Notes under the pieces: generated by a model
The model's input: the letters and a program-made list of their open reading frames with translations, nothing else
The model's database searches: none
What the model was told of the DNA's origin: nothing
Shown here: piece by piece, positions 37,268-51,050 of the stretch
Position numbering within the stretch: the stretch's first letter is position 1
Layout of the letters: each line of letters starts with the position of its first letter
NCBI GenBank assembly: GCA_964016885.1
Contig: OZ024741.1
Location: forward strand, 217,682,001-217,746,000
DNA from: Eledone cirrhosa
Lineage: Eukaryota
DNA: 64,000 nt
Direction of reading: 5' to 3'
Program-made: the position numbers and the translations under genes

Positions 37268-38812
37268 CACCACACTGTAAAGTGGTCATGATGATGACAT
37301 GACAAAAAGCACCCAGCCCACACTGTAAAGTGGTCATGATGGTTACACGACAAAAAGTACCCAGCCCACACTGAAAAGGGGTCATGTTGGAAACATGACA
37401 AAAAGCACCCGGCCCACACTGTAAAGTGGTCATGTAGGTGTCATGAAAAAAAGCACCCAGCCTACACTGTAAAGTGGTCATGTAGGTGTCACGGTACACT
37501 GTAAAGTGGTCATGAGGTTGTCATGATAAAAAGCACCTAGTCCACACTGTAAAGCGGTCGTGTAGGTGTCATGACAAAAAGTACCCAGCCTACACTGTAA
37601 AGTGGTCATGTAAGTGTCACAATAAAAAGCACCCAGTCCACACTGTAAAGCGGTCGTGTAGGTGTCATGACAAAAAGCACCCAGCCTACACTGTAAAGTG
37701 GCCATGTAGGTGTCACAATAAAAAGCACCTAGTCCACACTGTAAAGCGGTCGTGTAGGTGTCATGACAAAAAGTACCCAGCCTACACTGTAAAGTGGTCA
37801 TGTAAGTGTCACAATAAAAAGCACCCAGTCCACACTGTAAAGCGGTCGTGTAGGTGTCATGACAAAAAGCACCCAGCCTACACTGTAAAGTGGCCATGTA
37901 GGTGTCACAATCAAAAGCACCTAGTCCACACTGTAAAGCGGTCGTGTAGGTGTCATGACAAAAAGTACCCAGCCTACACTGTAAAGTGGTCATGTAAGTG
38001 TCACAATAAAAAGCACCCAGTCCACACTGTAAAGCGGCCGTGTAGGTGTCATGACAAAAAGTACCCAGCCTACACTGTAAAGTGGTCATGTAAGTGTCAC
38101 AATAAAAAGCACCCAGTCCACACTGTAAAGCGGTCGTGTAGGTGTCATGACAAAAAGCACCCAGTCTACACTGTAAAGTGGCCATGTAGGTGTCACAATC
38201 AAAAGCACCTAGTCCACACTGTAAAGCGGTCGTGTAGGTGTCATGACAAAAAGTACCCAGCCTACACTGTAAAGTGGTCATGTAAGTGTCACAATAAAAA
38301 GCACCCAGTCCACACTGTAAAGCGGTCGTGTAGGTGTCATGACAAAAAGCACCCAGCCTACACTGTAAAGTGGTCATGTAGGTGTCACAATAAAAAGCAC
38401 CCAGTCCACACTGTAAAGCGGTCGTGTAGGTGTCATGACAAAAAGCACCCAGGCTACACTGTAAAGTGGTCATGTAGGTGTCACAATAAAAAGCACCCAG
38501 TCCACACTGTAAAGCGGTCGTGTAGGTGTCATGACAAAAAGCACCCAGCCTACACTGTAAAGTGGTCATGTAGGTGTCACAATAAAAAGCACCTAGTCCA
38601 CACTGTAAAGCGGTCGTGTAGGTGTCATGACAAAAAGTACCCAACACTCACTGTAAATGTGGTTGGCATTAGGAAAGACATCCAACCATAGAAACCAAGC
38701 CCAAATCAGTTCTGTATGAGCAAGACAGTCATCTGACCTGGCTTGTCTCACAACAGGACAACTTATTTAACCCATACTAGTGTGGAAAAATGGAAGTTAA
38801 GCAGTGATGATG
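37268..38812 (+). repeat. RTE 3' UTR copy with the 48-bp unit expanded to ~29 copies (96-bp and higher-order structure)
   Basis: cacactgtaaag(t/c)ggtc(a/g)tgtaggtgtca...aaaaagcacccag units run into the normal UTR end and tail at 38650-38812. Confidence 0.95.
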
Positions 38813-38841
38813 AGGATATATATATGTATATATATATGTGT

Positions 38842-38945
38842 GTCATCATCATCATCGTTTTACATCCATTCTTCCATGCTAGCATGGGTTAGATGGGTTG
38901 TCTCATTGTGGGCAGTGCCCGGTCGGCTGACTTTGTCTTGCTCAT
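38842..38945 (-). mobile_element. ~100-bp RTE 3' tip in (TA)n
   Basis: catcatcatc..ttcttccatgctagcatgggttaga..gtcttgctcat flanked by TA repeats. Confidence 0.8.
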
Positions 38946-39031
38946 GTATATATATGTATATGTATGTATACAATGATGTTGATGATGATATGTATACAAT
39001 ATATATATATTATTAAAATATTATTAAAGAA

Positions 39032-39222
39032 TGGTGGATTGGCATTATCGGTAGAGGGTCGAACGCCATGCTTTGCAGCATAGAGTTCCAGCCCTTTATG
39101 ATCTGAGTTCAAATCCTGCTGAGGTTATCTTTGCCTTTCATCCTTACGGGGTCAATAAAATAAAGTACCTGTAAAGTACTGGGATAATTGCTGGTCTTGT
39201 GCTAAAAGTAGAAACAATTATT
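39032..39222 (+). mobile_element. SINE family A
   Basis: Complete head, body and tail. Confidence 0.88.
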
Positions 39223-39994
39223 TTTTTGACTATTGAAAATAATGTCTCACTTTTAATCTTGTTAAATCTTATTTGAAAAAGACTTTTAGTGAAACCTATA
39301 GTTCTAGTGAAGTATGAAATGCTATATATATCATTTCAAAACACCAAAATTAATTCTTTAATAATGTCTTATTTTTCTCAAGACTTTTTCTCTGGACTTC
39401 ATCACTGAAAAACTACATCTCATGAATACAAACTGTTAAATCTCTCACAAAATATACCATATCTGCACAGACACCATAATCTAATTATAATTAAACTGAC
39501 TATTGAAGATAATGTCTCACTTTTAATCTCGTTAAAGCTTATTTGAAAAAGACTTGAAACCTATAGTTCTTCCAGTGAGGTAAATCTATATTAGTTGGAG
39601 ATTTCCCAAAATTTTGTATTTTATTTGAAATTCTTGCTACCTATAGTTGTTGTGATTGTGATTCATATGTAGGACTTAATAATATGTGAAAATAAACTCT
39701 GATGATGCCGATCTTAAATCAATTCCTGATGGTCTTAGTATAAAACTATAAATAAATTTTAAAATTTAAAAGTTTGTAACTATACGACCTTGGGAGGAAG
39801 TTCTATCAGCTGAAACGTTTGTTAGTTTGAAAATGCATTGATTCTTTCGTGTTTTTTTAATAAATATTATGTAACAGCTCTGCATGAACCCCACTGCATC
39901 GAGCTTATAATCTTCTGGTAAAATTTCAACTTAATAATAACAATATTGTTATTAAGATTATATATATATATATCATCATCATATATATATATAT

Positions 39995-40156
39995 GGTATT
40001 AGGAAGGGCATTCAGCTGTAGAAATCAAGCCAGAATCAGTTCCTGTATGAGCAAGACAAGGTCAGTCGACTGGACACTGCCCACAACAGGACAACCCGTC
40101 TAACCCATGCTAGCGTGGAAGAACGGACGTAAAATGGTGATGATGATGATGATGAT
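39995..40156 (+). mobile_element. ~160-bp young RTE 3' tip within (TA)n
   Basis: Near-identical to the LINE 3' end; (TA)n on both sides. Confidence 0.9.
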
Positions 40157-40317
40157 ATATATATATATATATAAGACAAGTTCAAATAAGTTTATGTAAC
40201 TATTAGTTCACCAATTTGAGCACTCAATACATAAGTTGGTCCAGTTTACTATGTAGTATTGCATATTTGGTGTTATATTATGGTCGGTCTCTTCATATGC
40301 AGAGTCTTAATAATATG

Positions 40318-40800
40318 TACACCATCCTTTCTCTATAAAGTTATGTTGATACCACAACATCCAGTCCAAATAAATGAGATATCGAGATTGTGTAGGTGTC
40401 ACGACAAAAAAACACAGTCCACTTTGTAATGTGGCCGTGTAGGTAACACGGTAAAAAGTTCCCAGTCCACACTGTAAATGTGGTTGGTGTTAGGAAGGGC
40501 ATCCAGCTGTAGAAAACCTGCCAGATAGTCCTATACGAGCGAGACACAGTCACCCGACCAATCTTGCCTCAAGTGGGACAACACCCGTCTAACCCATGCT
40601 AGCATGGAAGATAGATGTTAAACGATGATGATGATCATCATCATTATCATTTAATGTCCTTTTTCCGTGCTAGCATGGGTTAGACGGTTTGTCCCATTAG
40701 AAGCAAGTCAGGTCAGTTGACCCTCCGTGTCTTACTCATATAGAACTGTTTCTGGCTAGGTTTCTATGATTGGCTGCCCTTCATAACGCCAACCACATTA
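40318..40800. mobile_element. Family C element (+) joined tail-to-tail with an RTE 3' tip (-)
   Basis: Junction gatgatgat|catcatcat at ~40635. Confidence 0.8.
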
Positions 40801-40822
40801 TATAGTATAATATATGGGTATT

Positions 40823-41178
40823 CGGTGGATTGGCAGTATCGGTAGAGGGTCGGACGCCATCCTTTCCAGCATAGTTACGTCCCTTTACGATCTGAGTTCA
40901 AATCCCGGCGAGGTTGACTTTGCCTTTCATCCTTACGGGGTCGATAAAATAAAGTACCAGTAATGCACTGGGTAATTGCTGGCCTTGTGCCTAAAGTAGA
41001 AACAATTATAATATTATACAGGTGAATTGGTAGTATCGGTAGAGGATCGGACATGCTTTCCAGCATAGTTACGTCCCTTTACGATCTGAGTTCAAATCCC
41101 GCCGAGGTTAACTTACGGGTCGATAAAATAAAGTACCAGCAATGTACTGGCGTTGTGCCAAAAGTAGAAACAATTATA
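40823..41178 (+). mobile_element. Two tandem SINE family A copies
   Basis: Complete first copy; internally deleted second copy. Confidence 0.9.
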
Positions 41179-41226
41179 ATATATATTATAATATATTTCA
41201 TAATATATATTATAATATATTTTATA

Positions 41227-41263
<37 letters not shown>

Positions 41264-41539
41264 ATACGTGTATTATAATACTATATATATTATACACGTA
41301 TTAACCCCTGCATACACATATCGAATACACACACACAGACACACACACATACATACGCATGCACACAATTAAACTCCCCCAAAACTCCCTCCAGTAAACT
41401 ATTCCAGTTTTTAAAATGTTGGCCTAAAACTGGCCTCACATAGCCAGAGTTGGCGAATTAAACTACATTGAATTGCCAAATATCTCACTTCTAGTTCTCT
41501 ACCCTTACCTTTCTAACAGAAGATTTATTAAATAGGGCA

Positions 41540-41544
41540 CACAT

Positions 41545-41627
<83 letters not shown>

Positions 41628-41628
41628 T

Positions 41629-41669
<41 letters not shown>

Positions 41670-41670
41670 T

Positions 41671-41737
<67 letters not shown>

Positions 41738-41800
41738 TACACACAGATATATATATATATACAGATACACACACACATATATATATATATATATACAGAT

Positions 41801-41845
<45 letters not shown>

Positions 41846-41926
41846 TACGCACACACATATATATATATACATATACACACACATATATATATATATATAC
41901 ACACCCACACATATATATATACAGAT

Positions 41927-41969
<43 letters not shown>

Positions 41970-42208
41970 TACACACACATACAAGACACACCCACACATA
42001 TATATAGATAGATAGATACACACACACATGAAGACACACCCACACACACATATATATATATATATACATATATATATAGATAGATAGATAGATACACACA
42101 TACATAAAGACACACCCACACATATATATATACAGATACACACACATACATGAAGAAACACCCACATATATATATATGCAGATACACACACACACATACA
42201 TGAAGACT

Positions 42209-42274
<66 letters not shown>

Positions 42275-42855
42275 CACATACATGAAGACACACCCACACA
42301 TATATATACAGATACACACACACATACAAGACACACCCACACATATATATAGATAGATAGATACACACATACATGAAGACACACCCACACACACATATAC
42401 ATATATATATATACACACACACATATATAGATAGATAGATACACACACACATACAAGACACACCCACACACATATATAGATAGATAGATACACACACACA
42501 TACAAGACACCCACACACATATATAGATAGATAGATACACACATACATGAAGACACACCCACACATATATATATACAGATACACACACACATACATGAAG
42601 ACACACTCACACATATATATATGCAGATACACACACACATACAGATACACACTCACACACATACATACATATAGATACACACACACACACACATACAAAT
42701 ACACACATACATACAGATACATGAACACACACCCACACATATATATAGATACACACGCATACAGATACATGAACAGTTCAGTTTGTTTACAAACGAACAA
42801 AGCGGCGTTATAATAAACGTTCGCTAAACTGATACGTACATGTATATATGTGTAC

Positions 42856-42918
<63 letters not shown>

Positions 42919-43031
42919 TGCTACTGTACGTCTGTATACATATATGTATGTACGTATACATACATACTTACATTTAAGTAAGTGCCGTACTAAGAGTGAG
43001 AAATGAAATTTCGTTTCATTATATTACAACT

Positions 43032-43065
<34 letters not shown>

Positions 43066-43086
43066 CATATAGATATATACATATAG

Positions 43087-43121
<35 letters not shown>

Positions 43122-43150
43122 GATATATACATATAGATATATACATATAG

Positions 43151-43181
<31 letters not shown>

Positions 43182-43264
43182 CATATAGATATATACATAT
43201 ACATATATATATATATATACATATAGATATATATATATATATATATATATAGATATATACATAT

Positions 43265-43313
<49 letters not shown>

Positions 43314-43406
43314 GATATATATATATATATATATATATAGATATATACATATAGATATATACATATATATATATACATATATATACATATATATGTATAT
43401 ATATAT

Positions 43407-43444
<38 letters not shown>
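41540..43444. repeat. Long compound microsatellite / nascent minisatellite (TA, CA, GATA, catgaagacac units)
   Basis: Direct reading; short unique islands at ~42775-42840 and ~42965-43030. Confidence 0.9.
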
Positions 43445-43446
<2 letters not shown>

Positions 43447-44840
43447 TAGCAATGAGTATAGCGAGGAATTTAGCGTACAGGTTGGGGTCCACCAGGGCTC
43501 TGTTCTTAGCCCTCTCCTGTTCATCATAGTCCTGCAGGCAATAACGGAGGAGTTTAAGACCGGATGCCCATGGGAACTCCTGTATGCTGATGACCTCGCA
43601 CTCATAGCTGAATCTATGGTAGAACTAGAGAATAAATTCCAAACCTGGAAGCAGGGACTAGAGAGAAAGGGTCTCAAAGTCAACATGACCAAGACTAAGG
43701 TCCTTGTAAGTAGACGAGAAAACAGAACCCAGATCCCCTCGGGGAAATGGCCTTGCTCAGTATGTAGGAAAGGTGTAGGTAGGAACTCCATTCTCTGCCC
43801 CAAATGCAAACAATGGGTACCATAGAGATGTAGCGGGATCTCAGGAAGCTTAATTAAGAATGTAGGATTCACATGCAGCAGCTGTGCTGAAGCAGCAAAC
43901 AGCCACAGGAAACAAGTACCACCAATCTCTGGGAGGGCCCTGTAGAAACAGTAGACAGCTTCTGCTACCTAGGTGACCGAATTAGCAACGGAGGTGGGTG
44001 TTCAGAAAGTACAATAACTAGGGTAAGAACGGGATGGAAGAAGTTTAGGGAACTACTACCACTGCTAGCTGCAAAAGGCTTCTCCCTCAGAATGAAAGGC
44101 AGACTGTATGATGCGTGTATCCGAACAGCGATGTTGCATGGTAGTGAGACCTGGGCGCTGAAGGTGGAAGACTTACGTAGATTAGAGAGAAACGAAGCCT
44201 GCATGCTCCGATGGATGTGTAACAGTAATATACGCGAACGACAAAGCATAAATGAATTGAGAGAGAGACTGAGCATAAGAGGAATCAAATGCTGTGTGCA
44301 GGAGAGGCGGTTGCGCTGGTATGGACATGTGATGCGTATGAAGGATGACAGCTGCATAAAAAGGTGCAGAGCACTAGAAGTTGATGGAAACCGCGGAGTG
44401 GGGAGACCCAAGATGACCTAGGATGAGGTGATAAAAGCCGACCTTACCCAATTACACCTCTCAAAGACAATGACACACGACCGTGACTTCTGGCATCACG
44501 CAGTAATACAGGGTACCCGACCTCCCATGGGTACATGCTGAAGCAAATAAACAATATGCCCCCACACCCCCCACCGCAAGGTGGTCGTGGAGGTGCCACG
44601 ACAAAAAAGCACCCAGCCCACACTGTAAAGTGGACGTGTAGGAGCCACAAAAAAGCACCCAGCACTCACTGTAAATGAGGTTGGTGTTAGGAAGGGCATC
44701 CAGCTGTAGAAATCAAGCCAGATCAGTTCCTGTATGAGCAAGGCATGGTCAGCCGACCAGACACTGCACACAACAGGACAACCCGTCTAACCCATGCTAG
44801 CGTGGAAGAACGGACGTAAAACGGTGATGATGATGATGAT
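43445..44840 (+). pseudogene. 5'-truncated, disabled copy (~1.4 kb) of the intact RTE
   Basis: Near-identical to the reverse complement of 26384-27787, but with TAG in the PHD (WVP*), a 4-bp deletion near 43890 and W->TAG at ~44419; (TA)n-rich flanks. Confidence 0.97.
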
Positions 44841-46151
44841 ATATATATATGTATGTATATATATACATATATATGTATACATATTCATATATACATATAT
44901 ATGTATATATATACATACATATATATGTATACATATACATACATATATATGTATATATATACATATATATGTATATATATACATATATATGTATATATAT
45001 ATACATATATATGTATATATATATACATATATATATATACATATATATATACATATATATATACATATATATACATATATATATACATATATATATACAT
45101 ATATATACACATATATATATACATATATATATATACATATATATATACATATATATACACATATATATACATATATATACATATATATATACATATATAT
45201 ACATATATATATACATATATATACACATATATATACACATATATATATACATATATATACATATATATATACATATATATACATATATATATACATATAT
45301 ATACATATATATATACATATATATGTATATATATACATATATATATACATATATATATATATACATATATATGTATATATATACATATACATGTATATAT
45401 ATACATATACATGTATACATATATATGTATATATATACATATATACATATACATATATATGTATATATACATGTATACATATACATATATATGTATATAT
45501 ATACATGTATACATATACATATATATATACATGTATACATATACATATATATGTATATATATATACATGTATACATATACATGTATACATATACATGTAT
45601 ACATATACATGTATACATATACATGTATACATATACATGTATACATATACATATACATGTATACATATACACATATACATGTATACATATACATGTATAC
45701 ATATACATGTATACATATACATGTATACATATACATATATACATATGCATGTATACATATACATGTATACATATACATATACATGTATACATATACATAT
45801 ACATGTATACATATACATGTATACATATACATGTATACATATACATATACATGTATACATATACATATACATGTATACATATACATACATATGTATACAT
45901 ATACATACATATGTATACATATACATGTATACATATACATATATATGTATACATATACATGTATACATAAGCATATATATGTATACATATACATATATAT
46001 ACATACATATACATATATATACATATATACCTAAGTATACATATATATGTATATATATACATATACATACATATATATGTGTATATATACATATATATAT
46101 ATACCTATATATGTATATATATGTATATATATACATATATGTATATATATA
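44841..46151. repeat. 1.3-kb (TA)/(TATACA)/(TGTATACATATACA) microsatellite
   Basis: Direct reading. Confidence 0.95.
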
Positions 46152-46700
46152 CATCATCATCATTTCATTTTACGTCCACTTTTTCCTTGCTTGCAAGGGT
46201 GGGACGGGAACTGATGCTGGCTTGATTTCTACAGCTGGATGCCCTTCCTAACACCAACCTCATTTACAGTGAGTGCTGGGTACTTTTTTGCCGTGGAATG
46301 ATAGGGACCCCAGTCCTTATCATCTCATTTCTACAGCTGAGTAAACTGGAGCAATGTGAAATAAAGTGTCTTGCTCAAGGAAACAACACATCACCCGGTT
46401 ATATATATACATATATATATATGCATATCATCATCATTTCATTTTACGTCCACTTTTTCCCTGCTTGCAAGGGTGGGACGGGAACTGATGCTGGCTTGAT
46501 TTCTACAGCTGGATGCCCTTCCTAACACCAACCTCATTTACAGTGAGTGCTGGGTGTTTTTTTGCCGTGGCACCTCCACGACCATTTTGCAGTGGAATGA
46601 TAGGGACCCCAGTCCCTATCATCTCATTTCTACAGCTCAGTAAACTGGAGCAATGTGAAATAAAGTGTCTTGCTCAAGGAAACAACACATCACCCGGTTA
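46152..46700 (-). mobile_element. Tandem pair of 5'-truncated SINE family B copies, tail type 5
   Basis: Core + hairpin + partial RTE UTR + cccacccttgcaagc..ggacgtaaaatgaaatgatgatg tail; third copy at 63250-63473. Confidence 0.88.
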
Positions 46701-47296
46701 TATATATGCATATATATATACATATAATATGCATATATATATGTATATATGTATATATGCATATATATACATATATACATATATATAATGAGAATTGAAC
46801 CCAGAAGACAAAGAACCAGAAATAAATAGTGTGACATCTAATCCATATGTTGTGACATCTGTGAGATTTTTTTGATACAATCTTAATTAATTAAAGTTTA
46901 TCATGTTTTCCTTTATTGTGTGTCGTTGCCTAGTTTATTCTCGTATGTATGAGCAATGGCAACATAGCAACATCAGCAAAAACAAAATATTATAAAAATA
47001 CTCCCCCCCCCCCTCTTCCCCCAAAATCCGGTCAGATCCATTTGATATGGAAAATACTTGAAACAGGATTGACATATTGTTGCTCGTTAAAACTAAGTCA
47101 GATTGATTTCTACCCAACTTCCTGAAACTTCTAGATTAAAACATATCAGTTTTCAGATAAGCTCTTTCGTCTTGTCAAATTCATTTTCTCTGATTTATGC
47201 ATCCACTAAATTTAATTTGCTTGTCAATTTTCACTATTCCACATTAGAAAGTACTGATGGAAGATGAAAGCATGTATATTACATCTAGAATATATA

Positions 47297-48165
47297 TCAT
47301 CATCATTATCATCACCGTTTAAAGTCCATTTTTCCACACTAGCATGGGTTAGAGAGGTTGTCCCATTTGAGGCAAGTTGGGTCCGGTGACCATGTCTTGC
47401 TCACGCAGAACTGTTTCTGGCTTGGTTTCTACGGCTGGATGCCTTTCCTAATGCTAACCACATTTACAGAGTGGACAGGGTGCTTTTTGTCGTGACTCCT
47501 ACATGACCACTTTACAGTGGGGACAAGGTGCTTTTTGTTGTGACACCTACACAACCACTTTACAGAGTGGACAGGGTGCTTTTTGTCGTGACTCTTATAC
47601 GACCACTTTACAGTGTGGGCTGGGTGCTTTTTGTTGTGACACTTGCACGACCACTTTACAGAGTGGACAGGGTGCTTTTTGTTGTGACACCTACACGACC
47701 ACTTTACAGAGTGGACAGGGTGCACGACCACATATTATATATGCAGTAGAGGTAGATCAAGAAAGACCTGGGCAGAGGTGCTGTGAGCTGATCCTAGATC
47801 GCTGAGACTCACAGAGGGGATAACAAAGGACTGTGATGAGTGGAGAGATGAAAAGGACCCATCCAACCCATGCAAGCATGGAAAAATGGCCGGAAAAAAC
47901 GATGATGATGATATATATATCCCATAAGGTAGTAGTGGTGGTGCCATGATGAAAAGCACCCAATCCCCTATGTATGGTGCTAGAACCAGAGTCACAACAA
48001 AAAGCACCCAGTACATGTTTTAAAGTGGTTGGCATTAGGAAGGGGATCCAAGCCCAAAACGGAATGTATGGGCAAGACATGGTCACCTGACTAAGTCTAC
48101 CCTCAGTCTGTGATAACCCATCTAACCCAAGCAAGCATGGAAAATAGATATTAAACTATGATGAT
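47297..48165. mobile_element. Cluster of RTE 3' ends (47297-47730 - with ~5.5 48-bp units; 47745-47910 +; 47930-48165 +)
   Basis: UTR motifs and (TGA)n tails. Confidence 0.8.
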
Positions 48166-48334
48166 ACTGCTGCTGATGATGAGCTCAATGTTCACCATAC
48201 CCAAATGAATTCCTAGAAACTTCTAAAAGGTTTCTCTTACAGTAATCAATCATTAAAAAAAAAATACTAATTGGTTAGGCATAGCGCCAGATGAAAGTTC
48301 AGCTATGTCTATTACATTATTCCTAAACAACAAC

Positions 48335-48820
48335 AATAATAATGGTTTCTGATTTAGGCACAAGGCCAACAATTTTGTGAGGAAGGGGAAAGTTGATTAA
48401 ATCGACTCCAGTACCTTACTGGTACTGGAGTTTGAGCCCAGGAGGATGAAAAGCAAAGTTGACCTCAGCAGGATTTGTACTCACAAAGTAGAAAGTCAAA
48501 CTAAATACCATAAAGCTAATCCGCTATACTTTAATAATAATTGTTTCTACTATTGGCACAAGGCCAGCAATTACCCAGTGTATTACTGGTACTTTATTTT
48601 ATCGACTCCTTAAGGATGAAAGGCAAAGTTAACCCGAGATCATAAACGGAGGTAACTCTATGCTGCAAAGCATGGCAGTCGACCCTCTACCGATACTGCC
48701 AATCCACCACCTTCTTTAATAATAATAATAATTGTTTCTACTTTTGGCACAAGGCCACCAATTACCCAGTGCATTACTGGTACTTTATTTTATCGACCCC
48801 GTAAGGATGAAAGGCAAAGA
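48335..48820 (-). mobile_element. Three stacked SINE family A copies separated by (AAT)n
   Basis: Family motifs. Confidence 0.85.
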
Positions 48821-48965
48821 AATGATTTCATTTATTGGCCACAAGGGCCGACATGTAGGGGACAATACAAAGACAGGGACAGTGGGGTTTACAATAAGGT
48901 GGAGTAAAAGTGCACAATGGCAAGACTAATTTAACAATGAAAATATAAAATAATATATAAAAATA
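48820..48965 (-). mobile_element. Tx1/L1-like 3' UTR tip
   Basis: Nearly identical to 56610-56750. Confidence 0.7.
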
Positions 48966-49117
48966 GCAAAAAAAAAAAAAAAGATAAAATAAATAATAAT
49001 AATAATATCAATTATAATTTTTAATAGACACAAGGCCTCAAATTTGTGTGAGGGGAGAATTATAATTGAAATACATCAACTCCAATAGTAAAAGACTATC
49101 ACTTGAGGTCTTTATTG

Positions 49118-49356
49118 TAGATCTATTGGGTCACCAGATACTAGGGTCTCTTGATTTATTGGGTCACCAGATACTAGGGTCTCTGATGATCTATTGGGTT
49201 ACCAGATACTAGGGTCTTTCTTGATCTATTGAGTCTCCAGATACTAAGGTCTTTCTTGATCTATTGGGTCTCCAGTTACTAGGGTCTCTCTTGATCTATT
49301 GGGTCACCAGATACTAGGGTCTCTCAAACTATTGGGTCTCCAGTTACTAGAGTTCT
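49118..49356. repeat. 33-36-bp minisatellite (~7 copies)
   Basis: gatctattgggtcaccagatactagggtctct. Confidence 0.9.
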
Positions 49357-50335
49357 CCACAATAGCCACTGACTACAATACATCATTCATATTTTCTTTA
49401 TCAATGTCTGGGGGTGTTTAAGGGGCTGAAGCCTTTATTTTATTGATCCCAGAAGGAGAAAAGACAAACATATCCAAGGCTTTCAAACATAGATGTAAGG
49501 CACATAGATTGAGGATGAAGTCGGGGTGGTGTGTGGGTGGGAGGGTGTTATATTTGATTGTATCAACTCTCCCACCTCTCATGGTATTAAGTGACCCCCA
49601 CCTCACTGCTGTGGAGGAGTGGGTGGAGTGAAAAGCAGAAAAATAGAATCAGCATCTGTGGGATTTGAACTCAGAACCTGTAATTCATTTTCAACCTGGT
49701 GTTGTACTTTACTCTCTCTCTGTCATGCTTTACTGTGGGTCTCTCTCAGCCACACTTTACTGTTACTCTCTCTCTCTCAGCCACGCTTTACTGTGAGTCT
49801 ATCTTTCCCTCACCCCTACTTTACTGATGCTCTCTCATAGCTGCGCTTTGGTATGAGTCTCACCCTCTCTCAGTCACACTTTACTGTTGCTCTCTCTGTC
49901 ACGCCTTACTGTTTCTCTTCCTCAGCCACACGTTACTATGAGTCTCTCTCTCTCTGTCACGCCTTGCTGTTGCTCTCTCAGTCACGCCTTACTGTTGCTC
50001 TGTCAGCCATCTCAGACAGTCCTACCAAAAGCTATTATTAAATACTAATTACAAGGCAGTGAAAATAGACGACTACCAAAGGAAAGGTTTTTTTATTTCA
50101 TGTGTGGCTGCTTTTAAACTATCGTGGGTGGTTGAGAGAGAGGCAGAGGGCTAGAAAAAGAGATAGAAAGAGAGAGAAGGGGTTTAGACAGATAGATAGA
50201 GAGGGTCAGATAGAGAGAAAGAGAGTGAAACAGAGAGAACAGGACAGAGTGGGTGAAGGAAAAATGAAAGAGAGGGGAGGGAGAGAGAGAAAGAGAGGCA
50301 GTTTGTTGAAGTGGAGATATGCTACATCATGTCAG

Positions 50336-51050
50336 GATCTGATCCCCCTTCCCAACATAGATTCTACCCTTCAGTGCTACCTTCCTACTTCACTGACCAA
50401 ATCATGATCTGGTCCCCCTTCCCAACATAGATTCTACCCTTTAGTGCTACCTTCCTACTTCACTGACCAAATCATGATCTGGTCCCCCTTCCCAACATAG
50501 ATTCTACCCTTCAGTGCTACCTTCCTACTTCACTGACCAAATCATGATCTGGTTCCCCTTCCCAACATAGATTCTACCCTTCAGTGCTACCTTCCTACTT
50601 CACTGACCAAATCATGATCTGGTCCCCCTTCCCAACATAGATTCTACCCTTCAGTGCTACCTTCCTACTTCACTGACCAAATCATGATCTGGTTCCCCTT
50701 CCCAACATAGATTCTACCCTTCAGTGCTACCTTCCTACTTCATTGACCAAATCATGATCTGGTTCCCCTTCCCAACATAGATTCTACCCTTCAGTGCTAC
50801 CTTCCTATTTCACTGACCAAATCATGATCTGGTCCCCATTCTCAACATAGATTCTACCCTTCAGTGCTACCTTCCTACTTCACTGACCAAATCATGATCT
50901 GGTCCCCCTTCCCAACATAGATTCTACCCTTCAGTGCTACCTTCCTACTTCACTGACCAAATCATGATCTGGTCCCCCTTCCCAACATAGATTCTACCCT
51001 TCAGTGCTACCTTCCTACTTCATTGACCAAATCATGATCTGGTCCCCCTC
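50336..51050. repeat. 70-bp minisatellite (~10 copies)
   Basis: cccaacatag at 50351, 50421, 50491...; unit contains gacca-aatcatgatc-tggtc dyad. Confidence 0.96.

Noticed and set aside
37478-38647. 389-aa repeat ORF (also 58917-60116)
   Set aside because: Antisense translation of 48-bp LINE UTR units
39225-39940. ~80-bp direct repeat (39227/39498) and a possible Penelope-like end (ctgatgatg...gaaacg)
   Set aside because: No ORF remnant, TIR or foldable hammerhead; cannot be classified by eye
41491-46251. Numerous long YI/CV/HT ORFs
   Set aside because: Dinucleotide microsatellite translations
46790-47290. Unique-looking sequence as a candidate upstream exon (also 21700-21810, 42775-43030)
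   Set aside because: No convincing ORF or paired splice sites; needs RNA-seq
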